Part shown: one piece after another, positions 34,248 to 45,227 of the stretch
How the letters are laid out: each line of letters starts with the position of its first letter
How positions within the stretch are numbered: position 1 is the first letter of the stretch
Source: an uncultured Candidatus Saccharibacteria bacterium
GTDB lineage: Bacteria > Patescibacteriota > Saccharimonadia > Saccharimonadales > CAIOMD01
Assembly (NCBI GenBank): GCA_964587465.1
Contig: CAZPLH010000001.1
Location: 1-49,962, forward strand
Length of the DNA: 49,962 nt
Direction: 5' to 3'
The notes under the pieces: model-generated
What the model saw: the letters and a program-made list of their open reading frames with translations, nothing else
What the model was told of the DNA's origin: nothing
Databases searched by the model: none
Made by a program: the position numbers and the translations under genes

Positions 34248-34814
34248 CTAGTCGTACGTGATGTCGAGCGGCACGGTGACGGTCTCTTGGCTGACGACCA
34301 TGACGGGGTCGTCGGTGGCGTTGAGGAAGCCGACATCATCTCGCTCGACACTCTGTCCTGAGCGCGTCAGTCCCGTCGTCTTAACGACGGTGTTGTCGGC
34401 CTGCTTCTTCTCGATGAGGGCCTGACTGGAGTCCTCGATGCGCTTCTGCAGGTAGCTGGCGCCCTGGAAAGCCGCTAGGAACACGGCTACAAACAACGCT
34501 CCGTTCAGGTACAGGCTGCTCTGCTCGACGAGCTTGCCGTCGCCGTTGGTGTACGAACCGACCATCGCCTGTTTAGCAAGCACCTCAGCACTGAAGTAGC
34601 CGACCCATCCAGCCGTGAACGACACGAACAGGTTACCGAACTGGCCCATCGCGATGACCTTGGTGGTCGTCACGCCGTCCTTGTCCTTGATGTGCATCCG
34701 CGTCGGAGCGAGCTTCCGGGGATCGGTGTTGGTCGTTCGTGCGAAGTACCCAGCTGCACCAGCAATCAAGCTGACGATGGTCACCAAAACGATGACCCAG
34801 AAACCACTTCCCAT
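34248..34814 (-). CDS. Hypothetical 3-TM membrane protein encoded in a G+C-rich segment
   Basis: The Met at 34814 is preceded by GGGAGGAAAA (track ORF starts at 34865). Three hydrophobic helices and a soluble C-tail. Codons are strongly G/C-ending. Confidence 0.6.
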   Translation of the reverse strand: MGSGFWVIVLVTIVSLIAGAAGYFARTTNTDPRKLAPTRMHIKDKDGVTTTKVIAMGQFGNLFVSFTAGWVGYFSAEVLAKQAMVGSYTNGDGKLVEQSSLYLNGALFVAVFLAAFQGASYLQKRIEDSSQALIEKKQADNTVVKTTGLTRSGQSVERDDVGFLNATDDPVMVVSQETVTVPLDITYD

Positions 34815-34874
34815 TTTTCCTCCCAGTAGTCGGTGGTGTTTATTTAATATACTATAACAGCGCACGAGTCAAGT

Positions 34875-35051
34875 TTATTCGCCGAAGTTTTGAGCGGCTT
34901 TGTAGCCAAAGAATAGGCCAACAAGGCTACCAATGGTGCCGCCAATAAGACTTATAATGCTCAGCCCGTCTGCATGAAACAACCATACGGGCAAGTAAGC
35001 ACCAATAATACCGCCAAGGGTTATGCCGCCGTAAATAAGCATTTTTTCCAT
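34875..35051 (-). CDS. Unlisted small membrane protein (58 aa, Gly-zipper-like)
   Basis: Hand translation gives MEKMLIYGGITLGGIIGAYLPVWLFHADGLSIISLIGGTIGSLVGLFFGYKAAQNFGE. Its ATG overlaps the stop of the upstream GT4 gene (TAATG). It is below the ORF-track length cut-off. Confidence 0.5.
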   Translation of the reverse strand: MEKMLIYGGITLGGIIGAYLPVWLFHADGLSIISLIGGTIGSLVGLFFGYKAAQNFGE

Positions 35052-36148
35052 TATTTTGCTCCGTAAATTTTAAGAATTTTCTCGCCAACGTAGGCAACAT
35101 CATATTGCCCAACAGCATTGTGCGCCCACGCAGCTGCTTCTTCGCGTGCATGCTTATATTCTAAGAAGTGTGCCAATCTGTTCGCGAATGCCTTAGTGTC
35201 TTTAGGATTAACCAGTAGGTCTGGGTGGTCGCCAAGTACGGTACGGTAGCCCGAATTATCGCCACCAAGCACCACGCGCGAACCTGCCGCCATTGCTTCT
35301 ATAAGGACAATACCGAAACTTTCACCTCCCGTACTCGGGAACACGGCAATATCTGCGCCGGCAAGCAAAGCCGGCTTGTCTGCTTCATCAACAAAACCTA
35401 AAAAGCGTATGTTTTTAAGCCCGTGGTTATGAGCGTACTCTTTTAACTTAGGCAGCAGGGGGCCTTTGCCGCCAATTATTACCTCGTATTCGCCCGTATG
35501 AATGTGTTTAAGCTCGTTTAAGGCCTTAAGTAGGTACATACAGCCCTTGCGCTCAACTAAGCGCCCTAGGAAGACTATAGTTGGTACGTTGCGGTAAATT
35601 GGCTCGTGTACGAACAGCTTTGTATCGACAACGTTCGGCAAAACAACCGAATCAAGTCCAAACACCTCTTTCGCAAATTCTTGTGCAGCCGTTGAAACCG
35701 CAATAAGGGTGTCGAATAAGTGCGAGCTACCACGGGTAAGCACTTTAAGACTTTTCGCGCCAGTAGACTGCACCCAACCTGCGGGAACAATATGAAAGGT
35801 ACCAATAATCTTAGTTTTGTCGGGGGCGGCCTTCATGACTTTGCCTGCCATAAGTGGGCTGTAAGGCACTTGTACGTGCAGTACGTCCAAATCAAGCTCT
35901 TGTAAAAGCGCTTTTATGGCTTTTTTGTTAGCTGGTAATGGAATGCTTAATCTGTTTTGGTTGAATCGAACCTTCATATTTCGAGCAAGCGAGTGCACGT
36001 TGTCGACATCGGTGCGCTTAGATTCGCCTACTAAATAATGGACTTCATGGCCTTGTTGGCTCATCCATTTACCAACACCAAGTACGTACTGCTGTACGCC
36101 GTCGGGCGTATCGAGTGTATCGTCTAGAACGAAGCCTATTTTAAGCAT
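35051..36148 (-). CDS. Glycosyltransferase family 4
   Basis: 'MLKIGFVLDDTLDTPDGVQQYV' N-terminus and 'PSTGGESFGIVLIEAMAAG' GT-B motif. Confidence 0.8.
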   Translation of the reverse strand: MLKIGFVLDDTLDTPDGVQQYVLGVGKWMSQQGHEVHYLVGESKRTDVDNVHSLARNMKVRFNQNRLSIPLPANKKAIKALLQELDLDVLHVQVPYSPLMAGKVMKAAPDKTKIIGTFHIVPAGWVQSTGAKSLKVLTRGSSHLFDTLIAVSTAAQEFAKEVFGLDSVVLPNVVDTKLFVHEPIYRNVPTIVFLGRLVERKGCMYLLKALNELKHIHTGEYEVIIGGKGPLLPKLKEYAHNHGLKNIRFLGFVDEADKPALLAGADIAVFPSTGGESFGIVLIEAMAAGSRVVLGGDNSGYRTVLGDHPDLLVNPKDTKAFANRLAHFLEYKHAREEAAAWAHNAVGQYDVAYVGEKILKIYGAK

Positions 36149-37268
36149 ATGAGTGTGTAGAAAGCGCTGTTTTATATGTTGCTTCGTAGGCTTGTGCTAC
36201 GCGTTCAAAACCATATTTGTCTACTTCTTTGCGAGCCCATTCGTTCCATAGGTCTCGAAGCTCTTCATCGTACAGCATAAGTTCGAGCCGTTGCGCAAAG
36301 TCGCCAACTTGCTTAGGATTTACCAAACTGAGTCGCCCGCGACCAGTCATAACACTCGAATACCCGCTGTTATTGCCAGCGACAATTGGCGTACCCGTCG
36401 CCATAGCTTCTAGCAGCACAATGCCAAAGCTTTCACCGTAAAGGGCAGGCGAACAATACAGGTCAGCGTGCTGTAAAAGTTTAAGTTTCTCTTCTTCGGT
36501 TACAAAACCCAAAAATGTAACGTCGGGTACTTCATATTGTTCAACGAGCTTTTCGAGGGTCTGTTTTTTAACGCCGCTGCCGGCAATAACAAGCTGTACG
36601 TCGTTATGTGTATTCCGCAGTTCGTCGTAAGCTTTAATTAAATACTCAACACCTTTACGTGTTTCTAGGCGGCCTATGTACAGTATCGTTTTAACATCGG
36701 CAGGTTTTTTCTGGATGGGCACAAAATGCGCTAAGTCGACCCCGTTCGGAATAATAGTAATTTCTTGCTTGGTAAGGGTGCGCACGAACTCTGCTGCCGC
36801 TTCTGACACCGCCGTTAGCACATGCAGTTGCTTCAGCACCGACTTTGTATAAGGGGTTACCGCGTTTGCAAGGGCTTTACTAGTGTAGTTTTCGGGAAGT
36901 TTCGCATGGAATGTCGCTATGTTTATAGCGCTCGATTTGTTAAGAATTTGCCTACTAAGCAGTGGCACCCAAGGCTCGTGAAAATGGAGTACTTCGAACT
37001 GCTCGTTCGCTAAAATCGATTCAATTTCAGTGCCATCAGCTTCAAACCCAAAGTCTACCATGGTGCGGAAGGGAGTATTTGCCTTAACGCTACGGCCGAC
37101 AAGTATCATGTCCTCGGGTATTTCACCTTCGAACTGACGGGGACGTGGCGTAATAATGCGCACTTCGTGCCCGTGTTTTTTCAAATAGGTATACTGCTGA
37201 GTTACGATTTCCTGAACACCGCCGGCGAACTGGAACATATTATAGGGGCAGACAAGGCCGATCTTCAT
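36141..37268 (-). CDS. Glycosyltransferase family 4, PimA-like
   Basis: 'MKIGLVCPYNMFQFAGGVQE', 'HFHEPWVP', 'GRLETRKG' and 'ALYGESFGIVLLEAMATG' follow the mycobacterial PimA layout. Confidence 0.8.
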   Translation of the reverse strand: MKIGLVCPYNMFQFAGGVQEIVTQQYTYLKKHGHEVRIITPRPRQFEGEIPEDMILVGRSVKANTPFRTMVDFGFEADGTEIESILANEQFEVLHFHEPWVPLLSRQILNKSSAINIATFHAKLPENYTSKALANAVTPYTKSVLKQLHVLTAVSEAAAEFVRTLTKQEITIIPNGVDLAHFVPIQKKPADVKTILYIGRLETRKGVEYLIKAYDELRNTHNDVQLVIAGSGVKKQTLEKLVEQYEVPDVTFLGFVTEEEKLKLLQHADLYCSPALYGESFGIVLLEAMATGTPIVAGNNSGYSSVMTGRGRLSLVNPKQVGDFAQRLELMLYDEELRDLWNEWARKEVDKYGFERVAQAYEATYKTALSTHSYA

Positions 37269-37293
37269 GCCCGTATTATACCTTATTATGCGC

Positions 37294-38241
37294 CTAAGAA
37301 GCCTTTGGTTTTTGTGCCAGCATACGACGTACAGTGCTTGGAATAATGGCGCCAGCTTCTTTTACGTCATCAATAATGGTAGGAGCGTGATTTGCCAGGT
37401 TCGACTTAACAACACGAACGTCTTTATAAATCTTTTTTAGGTTTTTAACGACCTTTTTGTTGTCAAAATACTGGTCAGAATCAACCGCGACATGGACCAT
37501 TGGCATATCTATTTTTTGTCCGGTCAGGTCAAGGTTAAACATAATGTTATTGGTGTACATATAGGTGCGTGCGTCGTTGCTTTGCCAGAGCTCAACCTCA
37601 AAGCTTACCCGGCGCTCTAACTCTTCTTTATTGGCATCCATCATTTTAGGGTGTCTAGACGCCATAATCCGGTAGGTGTTTTTAATAACAAATGAGCGGA
37701 GTAGGACGTATTTAAAAAATCCGGCCGTAACGGCGCCCGACATAATTTTTGATGTAGCGCGTGCAGCCTTTTGCTTATTCGGTGCTATTTTAAAGTCTTC
37801 TGCAGATGCAAATCCAACAAAACTAATAAGCAGGTTAACTTGAGTGGCAAGTTCGGGGTATTTTTGTAGCATTCGGGTTGTAACCAAAAAGCCCCAGCTC
37901 ATGGCGCAAATGGTAATCGGTTTCTTTTTATAGTGTAAACGTATAAATGTAGCCAGGTAGTCGGCCATGTTATCGAGCGTCGGCTTTTCGCCGAGCACAT
38001 AAAAACTGTCCATACCCCCAAAACCGGGTAAATCGGGCATGGTAACATTGCCGTACTCCGCCAAATTAAGCGCAATGGTATACATGCGCTCGAGGCTAGA
38101 ATGGTGGCCGTATACAAGCAGTATTTCGCGCTTACGCGTCTTTTTTGCGCTCTTAATACGCATAACACGTCCATTAAGACCGTTAATGCTTAAATGCGTA
38201 ATATAGTCATTTGCCGATGGTACGGCTCGTTCATTTTTCAT
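37294..38241 (-). CDS. Alpha/beta hydrolase fold protein
   Basis: 'LLVYGHHSS', 'PDLPGFGGMD' and the nucleophile elbow 'AMSWG'. Confidence 0.65.
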   Translation of the reverse strand: MKNERAVPSANDYITHLSINGLNGRVMRIKSAKKTRKREILLVYGHHSSLERMYTIALNLAEYGNVTMPDLPGFGGMDSFYVLGEKPTLDNMADYLATFIRLHYKKKPITICAMSWGFLVTTRMLQKYPELATQVNLLISFVGFASAEDFKIAPNKQKAARATSKIMSGAVTAGFFKYVLLRSFVIKNTYRIMASRHPKMMDANKEELERRVSFEVELWQSNDARTYMYTNNIMFNLDLTGQKIDMPMVHVAVDSDQYFDNKKVVKNLKKIYKDVRVVKSNLANHAPTIIDDVKEAGAIIPSTVRRMLAQKPKAS

Positions 38242-38283
38242 AAGTTAGAACACTCTTTTAGTATTATAGCAAATTTACAGGTA

Positions 38284-38313
38284 TAAAAAACCGCCTTTTA
38301 TAAAAAGACGGTT
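38284..38313 (-). terminator. Rho-independent terminator
   Basis: Minus strand AACCGTCTTTT-TATA-AAAGGCGGTT (one mismatch) followed by TTTTTATAC. Confidence 0.5.
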
Positions 38314-38330
38314 AATTAACAAACTAAATA

Positions 38331-38834
38331 CTACTGGGGAATAGTAATACCGCTACAAGAACTGCCACACTTTGATTTAAGCTGTTGAGCTGTGGTGTTA
38401 AGACCCTTGACTTGAACCTGCAGTTGCGTGTTTTGCGTCTTTAACGTTTTGTTGTCGTAGGTAAGCGATTCGTTTTCTTGTTGAATGCGCGAAACGTCAA
38501 CGGTGGCTGCAGCTGGAGCTGGCTCTTTATTGCTTTGCATGTAGAACCAACCGGCTGCTGCGGCAGCTGCAATAAACAAAATTACAAAAATAGTTAGAGC
38601 AACCTTAAGGCCTTTACCCGAGCCACCTGATTGTTGTGGCGGTTCAACGTGCTGCTGTTCGGTAGGTTGTTGTTCAGGTAGGGAATTATCCGGTGCATAG
38701 TCTGCATCGTTAAATTGATTTAAACCACCAGTATTTGCAGGTGCGCCGTTAAAGCTACCACTTTGTGGTGCGCTTGGCTGGTTGCCAGAGCCTTGCATTC
38801 CGTCAAGACTTCGACTTGGTTTAATATCGTCCAT
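38331..38834 (-). CDS. Hypothetical bitopic membrane protein (disordered Q/P-rich N-terminus, TM, coiled coil, Cys-rich tail)
   Basis: 167-aa ORF. GGGGGG Shine-Dalgarno and its own promoter-like element. Confidence 0.5.
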   Translation of the reverse strand: MDDIKPSRSLDGMQGSGNQPSAPQSGSFNGAPANTGGLNQFNDADYAPDNSLPEQQPTEQQHVEPPQQSGGSGKGLKVALTIFVILFIAAAAAAGWFYMQSNKEPAPAAATVDVSRIQQENESLTYDNKTLKTQNTQLQVQVKGLNTTAQQLKSKCGSSCSGITIPQ

Positions 38835-38874
38835 GAATCCCCCCTGGAGTTATGTAATTTTACGCTTAAGGTTA

Positions 38875-38903
38875 AGTATAAAGTTGACAGCCTGAAATTG
38901 CAA
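38875..38903 (-). promoter_or_regulatory. Putative promoter of the 167-aa ORF
   Basis: Minus strand TTGCAA - 17 nt - TATACT. Confidence 0.4.
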
Positions 38904-38922
38904 CGGGTTTACGCCCCTAAAA

Positions 38923-39335
38923 CTACTGTTTCGGGTGTCGTCGTTTCAACTTAGCAACGTTCAGACGTACCATCTGTCGGTCGACTAAGGCTTGGGCATG
39001 CGCAAGCTCAACTTTATCTTTGGCGTTTTCTTGTTGCTTTTGGGCGTTTGCTAAAGCTTCTTCTATTTCTTTTTCGACTAATTCATCGCTGTGCTCTGAA
39101 TCATCTGAAAGCACACGACAGACATTGTTTTCGAACTCTAAAAGCCCGCCAAAGGTCGTAAATAACTCTGTTTTACCGTTTGGAGTTGTCACGCTCACGC
39201 TACCTGGCAACACTATGGTTGTAAGCGGTTCGTGTAGAGCGTACACCGCAATACTGCCCGAAGCAGTATTAACGACTACCTCAGTAGCTTCGCCGTTAAA
39301 TTTCGCCCCATTAAGCGTCAAAAGCTCAAACTTCA

Positions 39336-39336
<1 letters not shown>
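38923..39336 (-). CDS. atpC: F1 ATP synthase subunit epsilon
   Basis: 137 aa, last gene of the atp operon. Beta-sandwich plus helical hairpin pattern. TAATG overlap with atpD. Confidence 0.9.
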
Positions 39337-41584
<2,248 letters not shown>

Positions 41585-41590
41585 AGTCGG

Positions 41591-43132
41591 CTACTTTGCT
41601 GCCTTTGCTTTAGTAAATGTCTTGGCTACATCACGTGCAACTTTAACAATGGCATCGGTTTCTTTGTCTTCGGGCTTGGTGCCTTCGTTCAGGCTTTTAA
41701 CAATTTTAGGGTGCGATTTCTCAACACCAGCAATAAGATGCGAAACTGCAGATTCGACATCAGCACTCGAAAGCTCGTCTAGCGCACCACTGGTAGCCGC
41801 AATAAGTGCAATAACTTGGTCGCTGACACTTTTTGGTTGGTACTGCTTTTGCTTCAAGATTTCAGTTAGTAGACGGCCGCGGGCAATCTTTTGCTTGGTG
41901 TCCTCATCAAGGTCGCTTGCAAATTGCGCAAAGGCCGCGAGCTCACGGAACTGTGCAAGCTCAAGACGCAAGTTACCCGCAACGCTTTTGGTAGCTTTGG
42001 TCTGTGCGGCGCCACCAACACGACTCACCGAAAGTCCAACAGAAATAGCTGGGCGGACACCTTGGTAAAATAGGTCGGTTTCCATAAAGATTTGACCGTC
42101 GGTAATGCTAATAACGTTGGTTGGAATATAAGCGCTAATGTCTCCAGCCTGCGTTTCAATGATTGGCAGGGCAGTAAGGCTACCGGCACCTAGTTCATCG
42201 CTTAATTTTGCAGCTCGCTCCAACAAACGACTGTGAAGGTAGAACACATCACCAGGGTAGGCTTCACGTCCTGGTGGGCGACGAAGCAAGAGCGACATTT
42301 GGCGGTATGCAACCGCGTGCTTACTTAGGTCGTCATAAATAATCAGCGCATGACCTTTATTGTCACGGAAGTATTCTGCCATTGCTGTTCCAGCGTAAGG
42401 GGCTAAGTACAGCATACTTGCAGGGTCACTTGGGCTCGTTGCAACGACGATTGTTTGCTCCATCACACCCTCAGCCTTTAAGCGAGCAACGAGTGCTGCA
42501 ACCTTAGAAAGTTTTTGGCCAATGGCCACGTAGACGTTTATAACGCCAGTCTTTTGGCGAGCCTGGTTAATCATGGTATCGATGGTAATGGCCGTTTTAC
42601 CAGTTTGGCGGTCGCCAATAATAAGCTCACGCTGGCCACGTCCAACAGGGACCATGGCATCAATTGCCGTAATACCAGTAGCGAGCGGTTCGTGCACACC
42701 CTTACGATCCATAACACCAGGAGCTTGGCGCTCAATAGGGCCAGTTGCTTTTGCGTTAATGGGGCCTAAGCCGTCAAGTGGGCGACCTAGCGGGTCGACA
42801 ACTCGGCCAACAAGTTCTGGGCCTACAGGCACTTCAAGGCCTTTACCACTTAACGTAACTTTTGCTCCGGCTTTTACATCTGTTTCACCGCTCAAAAGCA
42901 CGGCGCCAATTTCATCTTCAAACAAGTTCAGCACAAAGGCTCGGGCGCTCGCGCCACCTGTTTCAATGTCCAGTACTTCACCGAATCCACATTCGTGCAA
43001 ACCGTACACCCAAATAACACCGTCACTCACACGAGTCACTACGCCTGATTCACCAAGTTTGCTGGTGTCTTTAAGCCCCGCTATGGCTTGTTCGAGCTCT
43101 TTGCTCAATCCTTTTACATCAATGTTGCTCAT
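41591..43132 (-). CDS. atpA: F1 ATP synthase subunit alpha
   Basis: 'GDRQTGKTA' Walker A and '[41 protein letters not shown]'. Confidence 0.97.
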   Translation of the reverse strand: MSNIDVKGLSKELEQAIAGLKDTSKLGESGVVTRVSDGVIWVYGLHECGFGEVLDIETGGASARAFVLNLFEDEIGAVLLSGETDVKAGAKVTLSGKGLEVPVGPELVGRVVDPLGRPLDGLGPINAKATGPIERQAPGVMDRKGVHEPLATGITAIDAMVPVGRGQRELIIGDRQTGKTAITIDTMINQARQKTGVINVYVAIGQKLSKVAALVARLKAEGVMEQTIVVATSPSDPASMLYLAPYAGTAMAEYFRDNKGHALIIYDDLSKHAVAYRQMSLLLRRPPGREAYPGDVFYLHSRLLERAAKLSDELGAGSLTALPIIETQAGDISAYIPTNVISITDGQIFMETDLFYQGVRPAISVGLSVSRVGGAAQTKATKSVAGNLRLELAQFRELAAFAQFASDLDEDTKQKIARGRLLTEILKQKQYQPKSVSDQVIALIAATSGALDELSSADVESAVSHLIAGVEKSHPKIVKSLNEGTKPEDKETDAIVKVARDVAKTFTKAKAAK

Positions 43133-43515
43133 TACGCTTCAACCTCTCTTATCAATGCTTGTAGTCTACTTTTAACTGTTTCGTCTAAGGTACTCGATGG
43201 AGTATCGATACGTACGCCGCCTATAACGCTCGGATCAACAATTACTTCTAGCTCAACCTCACGTGCATTCGATGATTTCTTAATGTACGCAGTTATTTCT
43301 GCCTCTGTCGCGGCCGTCAATGGCTTAGCGACCGTAACACGGGCAAAAACATAGCCTTCTTGTTCGAGTACCCAAGCGACATCTTTTGCCAAATAGCTCG
43401 CTTGACGCACTTTACCTTTAGCGCTCAACCATATAGCCGCTTCGGTAATTGCTTTTTGGCGATCACCAGAAAGCCCATGGGCAATGTGCCGCGCAATTTG
43501 CATGCGAGTCGCCAT
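43132..43515 (-). CDS. atpH: F1 ATP synthase subunit delta (short, 127 aa)
   Basis: C-terminal '[15 protein letters not shown]...[26 protein letters not shown]' is the OSCP C-domain. Operon position between atpF and atpA. Confidence 0.8.
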   Translation of the reverse strand: MATRMQIARHIAHGLSGDRQKAITEAAIWLSAKGKVRQASYLAKDVAWVLEQEGYVFARVTVAKPLTAATEAEITAYIKKSSNAREVELEVIVDPSVIGGVRIDTPSSTLDETVKSRLQALIREVEA

Positions 43516-44039
43516 TACTTAGAAGCCTCGTTTAGCGAGCGAGCAATCAACTCTTTATCTTTAGAATCGGTTAGTTTTTCGTCTAACACAGTTGCCGTAG
43601 CAGCGGCTACTAAGCTTGCAGCTTCGGCTTTAAGCTCGGTGCGCGCTTTTGCGACATCTTGTTTAAGCTGTTCGCGTGATTCAGCCAATAGGCGCTCAAC
43701 TTTATGGCCAGCCTTAGCCTCGGCGTCCTTAACGACTTCAACAGCTTCTTTGTGGGCATCAGCCGCAACTTCATCGGCGGCTGTTCGTGCGGCTTGTAAT
43801 ATCTCGCTTGCTTTTTCATCAGCTTCTTCCAGCGCGCGCTTAGCTTCGTCTACATTTTTCAAACTTTGGTCGATTTCGGTACGTCGGGCTTCAATGGTGG
43901 TGAAAATCTTACGTAGCGCAAACTTATTCAAAAGCCACATAATAATCACAAACGTTATCAGCTGGAATATAAAAGCTTTAACATCGAGCCCAAGGCTGCT
44001 GATGCCGGTTGCTTTTTCGCTTGCAAATAAAATAGTCAC
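43515..44039 (-). CDS. atpF: Fo ATP synthase subunit b
   Basis: Single N-terminal TM ('FIFQLITFVIIMWLLNKF') plus a long charged helix. I prefer the GTG at 44039 (after the atpE stop, GGAG upstream) over the track's TTG at 44093, which overlaps atpE. Confidence 0.8.
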   Translation of the reverse strand: MTILFASEKATGISSLGLDVKAFIFQLITFVIIMWLLNKFALRKIFTTIEARRTEIDQSLKNVDEAKRALEEADEKASEILQAARTAADEVAADAHKEAVEVVKDAEAKAGHKVERLLAESREQLKQDVAKARTELKAEAASLVAAATATVLDEKLTDSKDKELIARSLNEASK

Positions 44040-44058
44040 TAGGTGTGTTGCTCCAAAA

Positions 44059-44274
44059 TTAAGTAGTAAAGACAATAAGTAGTACGAACACAAGTACGGC
44101 GTCTACAAGACCAGCCATAATAAGCGCCATGGTCAAGACTTTACTTTGTACTTCGGGGTTACGGCCAACAGCACTCACGGCTGCTGCACCAACTAAACCA
44201 AGTCCAATAGCTGGCCCAATTGCACCGAGTCCAATGGTCAAACCTTTAATCAGTTCTGGTGATACTTCTTGCAT
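44059..44274 (-). CDS. atpE: Fo ATP synthase subunit c
   Basis: 71-aa hairpin with 'GRNPE' loop and a TM2 carboxylate ('AGLVDAV'). Confidence 0.9.
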   Translation of the reverse strand: MQEVSPELIKGLTIGLGAIGPAIGLGLVGAAAVSAVGRNPEVQSKVLTMALIMAGLVDAVLVFVLLIVFTT

Positions 44275-44301
44275 TATTTTCTCCTAAATTAATTCTTTAC
44301 G

Positions 44302-45144
44302 TTATCCAGCTTCACCGGCTGCTGTCTTAGCTATCGGGGCGGGTGAATGCGAATCTTCTTTGTGCTCGTCATGGGCAGTACCCATTTGTAGGTAGACCGA
44401 CGAAAGCATAATGAACAGGTAAGCCTGCAGGCTTGCGAAAAACAGCTCCATAAGGACAATCGGTATTGTTCCAATAAATGCGAAGTTGCCTGCAAGTTGT
44501 GTAATAACATGGAGCAGCACTTCACCGGCGTAAATAACACCAAACAATCGAAGCGCCAAAGTTATAAGGCGCGTAAGTTCACTTATGATTTCTATAGGGC
44601 CCAAGAACGCGTTCATAGGGTTCCACCATGGTGTCGTAACACTAAAGTAGTGCTTTACGTGCCCGAACAAGCCACGTTCACGGATTGCATAAAACTGCAC
44701 CGTACCTATGGCAATGACGGCTAGCGCAAGTGTGCCATTAAGGTCGGTGGTAAATGGTCGTAGCAACGCTGCCTTTACGCCACTGTCGGTGACTGCGTAG
44801 ACACTTCCGCCCATACCCGGCAGCAAGCCTGAAAGATTATTGAGCAGAATAAAAACAAAAAACGCGAAAAACAACGGTAAGAACTTACGCGCCTTTTTTT
44901 CATCGCCGGCAAAGTTAGCCGAAAGTGTCGTAATCATAAATTGCACAATCTGCTCGACAAAAAATGCGTACTTAGATTTTGGCTTTACGGTGCTTTTCAT
45001 TGCCGCTACCACAAGCAGCCCGACAACTAAGAGCCCAATAAGCGCACCCATAAGCATAGAGTTCGTAACAGTAAAGTTGCCAATCTGGAAGAGTGGCTCA
45101 GCCGAAACAGGTACGCCTTCGCTCGCAGCAAGTAAATTAAACAT
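44302..45144 (-). CDS. atpB: Fo ATP synthase subunit a
   Basis: 'TLALRLFGVIYAGEVL' carries the essential Arg. The Met at 45144 follows GAGG with 6-nt spacing (track ORF starts at 45171). Confidence 0.9.
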   Translation of the reverse strand: MFNLLAASEGVPVSAEPLFQIGNFTVTNSMLMGALIGLLVVGLLVVAAMKSTVKPKSKYAFFVEQIVQFMITTLSANFAGDEKKARKFLPLFFAFFVFILLNNLSGLLPGMGGSVYAVTDSGVKAALLRPFTTDLNGTLALAVIAIGTVQFYAIRERGLFGHVKHYFSVTTPWWNPMNAFLGPIEIISELTRLITLALRLFGVIYAGEVLLHVITQLAGNFAFIGTIPIVLMELFFASLQAYLFIMLSSVYLQMGTAHDEHKEDSHSPAPIAKTAAGEAG

Positions 45145-45227
45145 ACTTCGCCTCATTCGCTCGAGGCACACCGGTAGCTCGCAGTTGTGTACTATTGTTA
45201 CCCATTCGTTAGGGTAAGTGTAACAAT

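Noticed and set aside
34248-34814. The 188-aa high-GC membrane protein as the missing KwaA partner of the KwaB-like gene
   Set aside because: Its size is in the KwaA range. However, it is convergent rather than upstream and co-directional, it appears to have 3 rather than 4 TM helices, and its base composition differs sharply from the KwaB-like gene. Co-inheritance as one system is therefore unlikely.
34927-35151. 74-aa ORF at the end of the GT4 gene
   Set aside because: It overlaps the conserved GT4 C-terminus in another frame. The 58-aa ORF at 34875..35051, in a different frame, has a coupled start and a coherent membrane-peptide sequence.
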